NCBI GenBank assembly: GCA_046290465.1
Contig: JBKAGP010000001.1
Span: 896,001 to 960,000 of the forward strand
Source of the DNA: Planctomycetota bacterium
GTDB lineage: Bacteria > Planctomycetota > UBA1135 > UBA2386
Direction: 5' to 3'
Length of the DNA stretch: 64,000 nt
A program made the translations under genes and the position numbers. Under the pieces are notes generated by a model, which ran no database searches, had not been told where the DNA came from, and was given only the letters and a program-made list of their open reading frames with translations. Below, one piece after another: positions 36,938 to 45,730 of the stretch (position 1 is its first letter; each line of letters begins with the position of its first letter).

Positions 36938-38557
36938 ATGACCCGATCCCCGTTCCCGACGCTGCTCCTTGCCGCCGCGCTGGCGCCGTGCACGTTCGCC
37001 CAGCAGCTCTCCGACGACCGCCAGCAGGGCGCCGCCTCGGTCGACGCCGAGCAGTGCTCGAAGTGGCTGCACACGCTCGCCGGCCCCGACTTCGCGGGCC
37101 GCGGCACCGGCCAGGACGGCTACCGCAAGGCCGCCGAGTACGTCGCCGCGCACTTCCGCGCGCTCGGCCTCGAGGCCCGCGGCGAGGACGGCAGCTACTT
37201 CCAGAACATGCCGTGGAACCAGAGCAAGGTCACCAAGGCGGAGCTGACGTTCGCGCAGGACGGCAAGACCGTGCTGACGATCCCGGCCGACCGGCTCAGC
37301 GGCAACGCGTCGAAGGACACCGAGTCCGGCGGCACGGTGGCGCTGCTCAACGTCAAGGTGCCCAAGATGGAGGGCCGCCGCTTGCCGACGATCGAAGGCC
37401 TCGACGACCTCGACGTCACCGGCAAGGTGGTCGTCGCGGTGGTCCAGGCCGACCGCCGCACGCTGCCGTTCGCGCGGTTCGCGGTGATGCGCGCGCTGCA
37501 GGGCAAGAAGGCCGCGGCGTTCGTGTTCGCCAACGAGGGGGACGTCGCCGGCGGCATCCGCGCCGGCGGCGGCATGGGCCGACGCGGTCGCAACCCGGCG
37601 GCGACCGCGGCCGGCAACCGCCCGCTCGACGTCAACATCGGCGGCGACGACGTGCAGAAGCTGCTCGGCTTCGCCAACCTGACGATGGAGTCGATCCAGG
37701 AGGCGCCGCTGATGACCGAGACCGCCATGACGGCCAAGGTCGAGGTCAAGATCGAGTCGTCGGACGCGCCAGCGATGAACGTCTGGGCGGTGCTGCCCGG
37801 CAGCGACCCGAAGCTGAAGGACGAGTACGTGGTCATCGGCAGCCACCTCGACCACCTCGGCGAACGCCGCGGCACCATCTACCCGGGCGCCGACGACGAC
37901 GGTTCGGGCACGACCGGCGTGATGGCGGTCGCGCAGATGTTCGCCAAGAACGGCAACCGCCCCAAGCGCAGCATCCTGTTCGTGTGCTTCTCGGCCGAGG
38001 AGCGCGGCCTGGTCGGCTCGCGCTACTTCGTGCAGAACTGCCCGATCCCGCTCGGCTCGATCGCCGCCGAACTGCAGATGGACATGATCGGCCGCAGCGA
38101 GGAGGAATCGCGCGACGGCGGCCGCCTGGTCAACCGCGGCGAGACCGCCGAGGACAACAAGAACGTCATCCACCTGGTCGGCACCAAGAAGATGTCGAAG
38201 GCGCTGCACGACCTGTGCATGGCCCGCAACGAGGTCGCGAAGTTCGACATCGAGTTCGACCAGGAGAGCCTGTTCACGCGCAGCGACCACGCCAACTTCG
38301 CCTACCAGGGCGTGCCGATCGCGTTCTTCTTCACCGGCATCCACAAGGACTACCACCAGCCCACCGACACACCGGACAAGATCGACTACCCGAAGCTGCT
38401 GCGCATCGCGCGCTACGTCTACGACATCGGCTACGAGGTCGCCGACACCGCGCAGCGGCCGATGATCGATGCGGAGCTGTGGCAGGCGTTCAAGAAGACC
38501 GACCGCCGCGGGCGCATGCCGGAGGAGCCGGCGGCGCCGATCAAGGGCGCCAAGTAG
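36938..38557 (+). CDS. M28-family zinc peptidase, secreted
   Basis: Signal peptide; FAGRGTG, IGSHLDHLG, PGADDDGSG, FSAEERGLVGS, DMIG, RSDH, YHQPTD. Confidence 0.9.
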   Translation: MTRSPFPTLLLAAALAPCTFAQQLSDDRQQGAASVDAEQCSKWLHTLAGPDFAGRGTGQDGYRKAAEYVAAHFRALGLEARGEDGSYFQNMPWNQSKVTKAELTFAQDGKTVLTIPADRLSGNASKDTESGGTVALLNVKVPKMEGRRLPTIEGLDDLDVTGKVVVAVVQADRRTLPFARFAVMRALQGKKAAAFVFANEGDVAGGIRAGGGMGRRGRNPAATAAGNRPLDVNIGGDDVQKLLGFANLTMESIQEAPLMTETAMTAKVEVKIESSDAPAMNVWAVLPGSDPKLKDEYVVIGSHLDHLGERRGTIYPGADDDGSGTTGVMAVAQMFAKNGNRPKRSILFVCFSAEERGLVGSRYFVQNCPIPLGSIAAELQMDMIGRSEEESRDGGRLVNRGETAEDNKNVIHLVGTKKMSKALHDLCMARNEVAKFDIEFDQESLFTRSDHANFAYQGVPIAFFFTGIHKDYHQPTDTPDKIDYPKLLRIARYVYDIGYEVADTAQRPMIDAELWQAFKKTDRRGRMPEEPAAPIKGAK

Positions 38558-38575
38558 GTCCGCAGCGCGCGGCGA

Positions 38576-39286
38576 TCAGCCCGGTCGCCGGTCGTCGTGC
38601 GGCCGCACGCTGACCGGCGGGCTCAGGATCTCGTTGATCACGATCGCCTGGCGCAGGTCTTCGAGCGAGTAGCGGCTGCCGAGGCCGACGGCCTTGCGGC
38701 GCTGCTGCACGCGGCCGCCGAGGTTGCCGATGGCGCCACGGCCGGCGCTCGGCTTGCCGACCCGCGTCTCCTGCATGTGGCGGTCGCGGATGCTCTCGCC
38801 GACGTGCGGGTCGACATGGATGTCCAGGCGCCGGCTACCGGTGCTGGTGCGCACCGGTTCGGGCGGCTTCTCGATCGGCGGCGGCGTCGGCGCGGGGCGC
38901 GGCGCCGGCGGTGCCGGCTCGGGGTCGAGACCGAGGATGCGGCGCATCTCGCGCGCGATCTCGTCGGGCGACTGCGCGCCGGTGCCGGCGAGGCGACCAC
39001 CGGATCCGCGGCCCGCCTGCGCGGACGTGGGCTGTGCGCCACCAGGCTGGGTGGTCGTGCGCGACTGCGGCGCCTCGCGTCGCGCCACCACCGGTGCCTG
39101 GCGCTGCTCGGGCAGCGGCTGCTGCACGCTGGTGTCGACCTTGGGCCGCCGCGCCTCCTCGGCGCGACGCCGTTCGGCGGCCTTCTTACGGGCCTTGATC
39201 GTGTTGCCGATCATGCCGACCAGCCATGCCCCGATCAGGAACAGGATGATCGGGTTCTTCATCAGCACTTGGAAGAGCTTGTCCAT
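38576..39286 (-). CDS. Hypothetical membrane-anchored protein downstream of floA (YqfB-like position)
   Basis: N-terminal TM segment, Pro-rich disordered middle, C-terminal LRQAIVINEILSPP motif typical of floA-downstream genes. Confidence 0.7.
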   Translation of the reverse strand: MDKLFQVLMKNPIILFLIGAWLVGMIGNTIKARKKAAERRRAEEARRPKVDTSVQQPLPEQRQAPVVARREAPQSRTTTQPGGAQPTSAQAGRGSGGRLAGTGAQSPDEIAREMRRILGLDPEPAPPAPRPAPTPPPIEKPPEPVRTSTGSRRLDIHVDPHVGESIRDRHMQETRVGKPSAGRGAIGNLGGRVQQRRKAVGLGSRYSLEDLRQAIVINEILSPPVSVRPHDDRRPG

Positions 39287-39301
39287 GGCGACTGCGATGC
39301 G

Positions 39302-39391
39302 GGGTCGGCGAACGGGGCTGGGTCGGCGAACGGGGCTGGGCCTACGAACGGGGCTGGGCCTACGAACGGGGCCGGGTCAACGAACGGGCCG
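39302..39391. repeat. 18-nt tandem repeat (5 copies) filling the intergenic gap after floA
   Basis: gggtcggcgaacggggct x2, gggcctacgaacggggct, gggcctacgaacggggcc, gggtcaacgaacgggccg. Confidence 0.9.
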
Positions 39392-39392
39392 G

Positions 39393-40448
39393 CTACTCCT
39401 GACCCGGCATCTTCTTGCGGTCCTCCTCGGACTCGAGGTGCGCCTCCTCACCGGCGGCGATGCCCGAACGCATGCGCGTGTCGGCCTCGATGTTCTTGAT
39501 CTTCTGGTAGTCGAGGATCCCGAGATTGCCCGAACGGAACGCCTCGGCCATCGCCTTGGGCACTTCGGCCTCGGCGAGCACCAGCTTGGCGCGGTTGGCC
39601 GCGATCTCGGCGACGTTCTCCTGCTCGGCGGCGACCGCCATCGCGCGGCGCGACTCGGCCGCGGCCTGCGCGACGCGCTTGTCGGCCTCGGCCTGGTCGG
39701 CCTGCAGGCGCGCGCCGATGTTGTCGCCGATGTCGACGTCGGCGATGTCGATCGACAGGATCTCGAACGCCGTGCCGGCGTCGAGCCCCTTCTCGAGCAC
39801 GCCCTTGGAGATGCGATCGGGGTTCTCGAGCACCTGCTTGTGGGTGTTCGACGAACCGATCGTCGAGACGATGCCCTCGCCGACGCGCGCGATGATCGTC
39901 TCCTCGGTGGCGCCGCCGACCAGGCGCTGGATGTTGGTGCGCACGGTCACGCGCGCCTTGGCCATCACCTGGATGCCGTCCATCGCCATCGCCGCGACCT
40001 TGGCGTTCTGCGGGCAGTCGATGACCTTCGGGTTGACGCAGGTCTGCACCGCGTCGAGCACGTCGCGGCCGGCGAGGTCGATCGCCGCGGCCTGACGGAA
40101 GTCGAGGTTGAGCTGCGCGCGGTCGGCGGCGATCAGCGCCTGCACGACGTTGAGCACGCGGCCGCCGGCGAGGTAGTGCGCTTCGAGGTCGCGCACGTTG
40201 AGCGGCAGGCCGGCCTGCGTCGCCGAGATCGCGGCGCGCACGATCACCGTCGGGTTGACCTTTCGCAGCGACATGCCGACCAGCTGGAACAGCCCGATCT
40301 TGGTGCCCGACATGTAGGCCTGGATCCACAGGTTGATGAACTTCAACAGGACCAGGACCAGGACGACGAACAGCAGCAGGATGCCGCCGAGCACCCACGC
40401 CATGATGTTGTCGGTGCGGAAGAAGGACTGCGCGAGCATTGCGATCAT
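39393..40448 (-). CDS. floA: Flotillin-like protein FloA (UPF0365/YqfA family)
   Basis: [69 protein letters not shown]. Confidence 0.95.
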   Translation of the reverse strand: MIAMLAQSFFRTDNIMAWVLGGILLLFVVLVLVLLKFINLWIQAYMSGTKIGLFQLVGMSLRKVNPTVIVRAAISATQAGLPLNVRDLEAHYLAGGRVLNVVQALIAADRAQLNLDFRQAAAIDLAGRDVLDAVQTCVNPKVIDCPQNAKVAAMAMDGIQVMAKARVTVRTNIQRLVGGATEETIIARVGEGIVSTIGSSNTHKQVLENPDRISKGVLEKGLDAGTAFEILSIDIADVDIGDNIGARLQADQAEADKRVAQAAAESRRAMAVAAEQENVAEIAANRAKLVLAEAEVPKAMAEAFRSGNLGILDYQKIKNIEADTRMRSGIAAGEEAHLESEEDRKKMPGQE

Positions 40449-40513
40449 CGGTTCTCTCTCAGTGGATGCAGTTGGTGGCGGCGGGTCGTGGCGAAGGCAT
40501 CACGGCTGCCGCA

Positions 40514-42673
40514 TCACGGGGTGGCGGTCGCCTTGGCGGCCGCTCCGACGACCACGCGGTTGGCGCTGACCTCGAGCACGACGACGTCGACGCCGCTGGC
40601 GATCATCTCGCCGCGCGTGATGACGTCGACCTTGCGGCCGTCGATGCGCGCGAAGCCGGCCGGCCGGAGCGCGCTGAGCGCCGTGCCCGACTTGCCGACG
40701 AGGCCGTCGAGGCGATGGTCGGCAGCGCCGGCGGTGCCTTCGGTCGGCGGTCCGGTCAGGATCAGGTGCCGGCCGAAAGGCGTCTTCGGCAGGATCTTGA
40801 ACGCCGACCAGAACACGACCGGCGCGGCGATCGCCTCGAACACGGTCACGCCGATGCCGAACGACACCGACTCCTGGAACGCCAGGAAGATCGAGCCGAG
40901 CAGGCAGCCGGTCGCGGCGATGCCGAGCGCGCCCATCGACACGAACAGCACCTCGAGGAAGATCAGCAGCAGGCCGACCAGCCCGAGCAGCATGACCAGC
41001 CCGACACTGCCGTCCTCGGCGCTGCGGTCCTGCTGCGGCGATGCGTTGCCGTCGCCAGGATCGCCAGCAGCCGGATCTCCAGCAGCCCCATCTCCAACAG
41101 CAAGGTCCCCATCCGCCGCGACCACGACGCGGTTGCCCTGCACGTAGAGCACGCGCACGGCCGCGCCCTGGGCGATGAAGTCCCCCTCGGTGACGACGTC
41201 GATGCGGTCGTTGTCGATCGTCATCGTGCCGGTCGGCCGCAGCACGGTCGCCGCGGTGCCGACCCGGCCGACCAGCTTGACCAGGTTCTCGTAGGTCAGA
41301 CCGAGGTCGCTCGGCGTGCTGTTGCTGGCCGGTTCGCGCTTGTCACCGGGCGGCGGCAGCATGATCCGGTTGAACACGGGCACGTGCGGCAACAGCCGCC
41401 AGGTCAGGAACGCCAGCACGCCGACGACGACGAACAGGATCACCAGGTTGGCCAGGTTCCACAGCAGCACGTTCTCCTCGACCGCGTTGGACGGCAGCAC
41501 GAACGACTGCTGGCTCAGCACCAGCGACAGCATCAGGCACAGAAAGCCGACGACGCCGAAGATCACGGTGCCGGGCAGCAGGAAGATCTCGACCGCGATC
41601 GCGGCGATGCCGAGGAAGAACACCAGGATCTCGGTGATCTCCGCCAGGCCGACCAGGTAGCTGTAGAACAGCGCCAGACCCAGGAACAGGCAGCCGAGGA
41701 TGCCCGGCAGGCCGGTGCCCGGCGTCTTGACCTCGATCAGCAGCAGCAGGAAGCCGGCGGCCAGCAAGAACGGCTGCAGCAGCTCCAGCCACTCGACCAT
41801 CTTCTCGGCCCAGTTGACCGTCAGCTCGCCCATCGCGTCGCGCTCGATCGCGAGCACGTCGGCGAGCTGGTCGTAGCCCTGCAGCGTGCCGTTCGACAAT
41901 CCGAACTCCTCGGCCAGCATCGCGTCGACGACCAGCGGCCGGGTCAGCTTCTGGTCGCCGAAGACCTTCGGCCCGCCCGCCTCCGCGGCGCGCTGCTGCA
42001 GCGCCGTCAGCTCGTCGGAGTCGAGCACGCGCGACCGTTCCAGACCGCCCTCGCGCACCGTAGCGGTGATCAGCTGCACGCGCGGATCCACCATCGCCAT
42101 CGCCAGCTTGCGCGCGTCCTCGCGCAGCGCGTTCTTCCGGCGGTCGAGGCGGCCCTTCATCATGTCGCGCAGCGCATCGAGGCGGCGGCGCGCGGCGGCC
42201 TCGGGATCGGCGTCGAGCAGCACCTCGATCTCCTGCTCCGGCTTCTCGACCTCGCCCCACTCGGCGCCCTTGAGCAAGAACGTCTGGGTCGTGACCAGCG
42301 CCAGGCCGGCGGCGCCCTGGGTGTTGCGGCCGCGCAGCACCGCGATGGTCGGCACGTCGGTCGACTGCACCGCGTCGTAGAGGCTCTGCAGGTCGCCCGG
42401 GTCCTCGCCCTGGCTGCCCGCGTCCGACATCCGGAAGATCACGTGGCTGCAGCCGCGGCTCTCGGCCTCGCGGATCGAGCGGTGGCAGCGCGCCAGTTCG
42501 GTCGTTCCGAGCTTGCCGGTCAGCGTGACGACGAGCACGCGCGGCGCCTCCGCCTGCTGCGTCTGGTTGCCCTGGTCGTCCCAGTCGACGCGGGCGACCG
42601 GACCGCCACATGCCGACAGCAAGGCGGTTACGAGCCAGACCCAGAGAATGCGCAGCGTCGACTTCGTCAGCAC
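40514..42673 (-). CDS. NfeD-family protein: ClpP-like N-domain, TM region, OB fold, fused to a second short NfeD (TM plus OB)
   Basis: EVKTPGTGLPG, EIFLLPG, LRPTG...DVVTEG...GNRVVV, then a second LEVLF...LRPAG...DVITRG...ANRVVV; upstream of floA. GTG start at 42673, lipobox LSAC. Confidence 0.85.
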   Translation of the reverse strand: MLTKSTLRILWVWLVTALLSACGGPVARVDWDDQGNQTQQAEAPRVLVVTLTGKLGTTELARCHRSIREAESRGCSHVIFRMSDAGSQGEDPGDLQSLYDAVQSTDVPTIAVLRGRNTQGAAGLALVTTQTFLLKGAEWGEVEKPEQEIEVLLDADPEAAARRRLDALRDMMKGRLDRRKNALREDARKLAMAMVDPRVQLITATVREGGLERSRVLDSDELTALQQRAAEAGGPKVFGDQKLTRPLVVDAMLAEEFGLSNGTLQGYDQLADVLAIERDAMGELTVNWAEKMVEWLELLQPFLLAAGFLLLLIEVKTPGTGLPGILGCLFLGLALFYSYLVGLAEITEILVFFLGIAAIAVEIFLLPGTVIFGVVGFLCLMLSLVLSQQSFVLPSNAVEENVLLWNLANLVILFVVVGVLAFLTWRLLPHVPVFNRIMLPPPGDKREPASNSTPSDLGLTYENLVKLVGRVGTAATVLRPTGTMTIDNDRIDVVTEGDFIAQGAAVRVLYVQGNRVVVAADGDLAVGDGAAGDPAAGDPGDGNASPQQDRSAEDGSVGLVMLLGLVGLLLIFLEVLFVSMGALGIAATGCLLGSIFLAFQESVSFGIGVTVFEAIAAPVVFWSAFKILPKTPFGRHLILTGPPTEGTAGAADHRLDGLVGKSGTALSALRPAGFARIDGRKVDVITRGEMIASGVDVVVLEVSANRVVVGAAAKATATP
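41058..41117. repeat. Degenerate 15-nt tandem array (4 copies) in the linker between the two NfeD modules
   Basis: ggatcgccagcagcc / ggatctccagcagcc / ccatctccaacagca / aggtccccatccgcc. Confidence 0.6.
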
Positions 42674-42787
42674 GTGGATTGGTTTAGCAGACGGAGGGGG
42701 GTTAGCACGAGTACGGTCGAAGGACCATGGGATAAAGGCACGTGGCCCGTTGCAGGCCGGATCCGTCGTTTGCCGATAACGGGAACG

Positions 42788-43711
42788 ATGGCGAGTCCCC
42801 GCAGCAGCAACGACCACAAGACCGCGCGCGCCGCGGTGCAGTCGCTGCACAACGCGCTGGCCGCCCGGCGCCAGCACCCGGCCGCCCCCGAACTGTGGCG
42901 GCCCGCCCATCGGCGGGCGTTGGGCGCGCTGCGACGCGCCACCGAGCACGGGCCGCTGCAGCTGTTCCTGCGCGCCGGCGCGGTGCACGTCGGCGACGAG
43001 GCGGTGATGGCGTTCCTGCCGGACGACCCGCCGTTCGGTCGGCTGCGCGCCGCGGGCATCGGCGAGGTGGTGCTGACCGAAGGCATCGCCGAGGCCGGGG
43101 TCGACGAGTTCGTCGGCCGGCTGCACGCGCTGGCGGCGAGCGACGACGCCGACGCCGAACTGCAGGCGCTGCTGGCGACCGCGCACGTCAGCGGCGTCGA
43201 GCTGCGGGCCGAAGCGGACCTGCCCGATGCCGGCCGGGAGTCGACCGCCGACTGGAGCGCGCTGCCGCCGCCGCTGCCGACCAGTGCCGCGGTGCGCGCG
43301 ATCGTCGAACGCGACGGCGCCGCCAACCTGCCGGCGCTGGCCGCGCGCCAGCTGCTCGACGACTGCGAGTGCCAGGTGCCGAACTCGGGCCGGATCCTGC
43401 AGCGGCTGCTCGACCGCATGCTCGCCGCCGGCGACGTCAAGACGATCACGTGGCTTTTGACCGAGATCGAACGCCAGCCGCAGTTCGACCCGCTGACCCG
43501 CGACCGCATGTTCGCCCAGGCGCGCGCCCACTGCGACGCCGCGTGGCTGCAGGACCGGCTCGACCACGGCACAACCGACGAACTGCTCGAACTCAGCGCC
43601 CTGGTCATGCAGCTCGGCGACGACATCGCCGAGAACTTCGCCGCCGCCGCCGCCGCAGTCGCCCACCCCCTCACCCAGTGGATCGGCGACCTCCTCGGCA
43701 CCCGCGACTGA
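42788..43711 (+). CDS. Hypothetical alpha-helical protein
   Basis: 307-aa frame with typical codon bias, divergent from nfeD. GRLRAAGIGEVVLTEG resembles N-terminal regions of HEAT/HD-GYP accessory proteins (weak). Confidence 0.65.
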   Translation: MASPRSSNDHKTARAAVQSLHNALAARRQHPAAPELWRPAHRRALGALRRATEHGPLQLFLRAGAVHVGDEAVMAFLPDDPPFGRLRAAGIGEVVLTEGIAEAGVDEFVGRLHALAASDDADAELQALLATAHVSGVELRAEADLPDAGRESTADWSALPPPLPTSAAVRAIVERDGAANLPALAARQLLDDCECQVPNSGRILQRLLDRMLAAGDVKTITWLLTEIERQPQFDPLTRDRMFAQARAHCDAAWLQDRLDHGTTDELLELSALVMQLGDDIAENFAAAAAAVAHPLTQWIGDLLGTRD

Positions 43712-43720
43712 CGGTCGGTG

Positions 43721-43784
43721 GGTCTGGTTCCCGGAACCAGCCCCTCCCAAACCAGACGTACCGGAACCAGACTTCCGGATCGGG
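43721..43784. repeat. Intergenic hairpin plus 15-nt-period array between convergent genes
   Basis: ctggttcc-c-ggaaccag inverted repeat; units ccggaaccagcccct / cccaaaccagacgta / ccggaaccagacttc at 43731-43775. Confidence 0.55.
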
Positions 43785-45653
43785 TCAGCGCAGGGTGTCG
43801 AGGGTGAGCAGCGCCATGGCGGTGCCGTAGCAGCGGCCGAGTTCGTGGCTGTCGACGAAGCAGCCGTCGAACTCGGGGACGGCCAGCACCTTGGCGTGCA
43901 GGGCCGCGGCGAGGGCGCGACGCTTGTCGGCGTCCTCGATCTCGGCGATCGCCTCGGCGCGGCCGAGCATGTCGAACCAGAAGAAGAACCCGCCGTAGCC
44001 GTAGCGGTTGGCGTGGTCGTCGTACTTGCGGACCTCGGCCAGCAGCGAATGGAAGCGTTCGCCGGTCTCGACGGCGGCCGTCAGCTTCTGCTGGTCGCTC
44101 GCGCCGAACAGGTAGAGCGCCAGTTCGCACAGCGGCATGCGCCCCCCGGCGGCCTCGAGCGACGCGCGCGGCGCGCGGCCGGGCCGCGTCTGCCCGTAGC
44201 TGAACGCCCCCTCCTTGGTGCGGTTGAACGCCAGTGCCTTCAAGCCCTTGTCGATGTTGTCCTGCGGCACCTCGAAGCCGAGCTGCCTTATGCCGTGCAA
44301 GGCCTGCAGCGCGGTCGCGATCGCGAACGGGTTGCCGTACTCGTGGAACCACACGCCGGTCTCGGGCTGCAGCGCGATCAGCGCCGCGACGCCGCGACGG
44401 ATGCCGGGCTCGAGCGCCTCGGCGTCGCCGCTGCGACGACGCTGCCAGGCCTCGAGGAAGCGCAGCGCATAGGCGCGCGCCCACACGATCTCGTCGCGGT
44501 CGGACAGCGCCAGCCAGTCGCTCTGCATCGCGTTGGCCCGCATCCGCAGCAGCTGCGCCTCGGCGCGTTCGAGCAGCGCCGCATCGAGTTCCAGCTCGCC
44601 GTTGCGAGCGCGCGCGGTCGCCGCCAGCAGCGCCTCGCCGACCAGGCAGGTCACGGCCGCGTGCACGTTGGGCAACCCGTCGGTGCCGCCGAAGTCGTAG
44701 GTGCTGTCGCGATAGACGCCGTCGTCGTCGTGCGCACCGAGCAGGAAACGCACACTGCGCGCCCACAGCTCCTGCTCGCGGTAGTGGCCCTCCGGAGCGC
44801 GCGTGCCGTCGGTCGGGTCGCCGGCGACCGCCCAGTCGGGCAGGTCCGCGTAGACCTCGAAGCCGTGCACGAACGGACCGTGGTTCTCGATCTCGAGCGC
44901 GGCCTTCCATCCCATCGGATGGTCGGGATAGAACCGCACCAGCTTGCGCCACGCGTCGAGCGCGTCCTCGCGACGGCCGAGGCGGAACAGCGCGACCCCG
45001 CGCAGCCAGTGCTGCTCGGCGAACAGGCCCCCCTTGGGCGCCGGCGTGACCAGGTCGTCGGTCGGCCGGGCCACCAACTCGAGCACCTCGCGCCAGTCGC
45101 CGCGGCCGACGGCCTTGGCGGTCTCCGGCCGCACCCCGGCGAACGCAAACGGCAGCTCCGGCTGCTCGGCCAGCCGCAGCAGCGGACCGAGGAAGTGCCG
45201 CGGATGGAACGTCGTCAGCTGCTGCACCGCGAGCTGCTGCTCGCCGTCGCCGTCGAGCACCAGGTAGCCGGGCTCGATGTAGGCGATGCGCGACAGCCCG
45301 TACTTCTTCGCCAGCTCCCCGCGCGCGACCTCGCGCACCGGCACGTAGTGCTGGTTGAGCAGCACCACCGTCGCCGGCCACGAGAACGGTCCCCCCATCA
45401 TGTAGCGATCGACCTCGGGCTTGCGGTCCATCGGCGAGCGGTGCACCGACGGCACGTACCAGAACACCGGCTTGCCGGTCTTCTTCGACTCGGCCAGCGC
45501 CGCCTCGACGCCGTCGCGCCACTGCACCCCGCTGCCCGCCTTGGCCGCCAACTCGCCGGGCGGCTTGCGGATCTTGCGGGTCGAGTTCTGCGCGACCGTC
45601 AACGTCGGGCAGCACGCCGCGACCAGAACGAGACACAACCAACGAGCCGTCAT
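43785..45653 (-). CDS. Secreted protein: thioredoxin-like N-domain, TPR, and prenyltransferase/squalene-cyclase-like alpha/alpha-toroid C-domain
   Basis: Signal peptide; VQWRDGVEAALAESKKTGKPVF; TPR-like WLRGVALFRLG; LIALQPETGVW, EGAFSY, DGCFVD...YGTAMALL. Confidence 0.6.
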   Translation of the reverse strand: MTARWLCLVLVAACCPTLTVAQNSTRKIRKPPGELAAKAGSGVQWRDGVEAALAESKKTGKPVFWYVPSVHRSPMDRKPEVDRYMMGGPFSWPATVVLLNQHYVPVREVARGELAKKYGLSRIAYIEPGYLVLDGDGEQQLAVQQLTTFHPRHFLGPLLRLAEQPELPFAFAGVRPETAKAVGRGDWREVLELVARPTDDLVTPAPKGGLFAEQHWLRGVALFRLGRREDALDAWRKLVRFYPDHPMGWKAALEIENHGPFVHGFEVYADLPDWAVAGDPTDGTRAPEGHYREQELWARSVRFLLGAHDDDGVYRDSTYDFGGTDGLPNVHAAVTCLVGEALLAATARARNGELELDAALLERAEAQLLRMRANAMQSDWLALSDRDEIVWARAYALRFLEAWQRRRSGDAEALEPGIRRGVAALIALQPETGVWFHEYGNPFAIATALQALHGIRQLGFEVPQDNIDKGLKALAFNRTKEGAFSYGQTRPGRAPRASLEAAGGRMPLCELALYLFGASDQQKLTAAVETGERFHSLLAEVRKYDDHANRYGYGGFFFWFDMLGRAEAIAEIEDADKRRALAAALHAKVLAVPEFDGCFVDSHELGRCYGTAMALLTLDTLR

Positions 45654-45730
45654 GCCAGCAGCGTGCCCGCAGCCACGAAGCCGGGCAAGCCGGTCGCAAG
45701 CGTCCGGTGTGCCCCGTATATGTGTCCGCC

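Noticed and set aside
39302..39391. Possible CRISPR array (also considered for 58755-58814)
   Set aside because: Units are 15-18 nt, directly adjacent, without unique spacers, and no cas genes are present.
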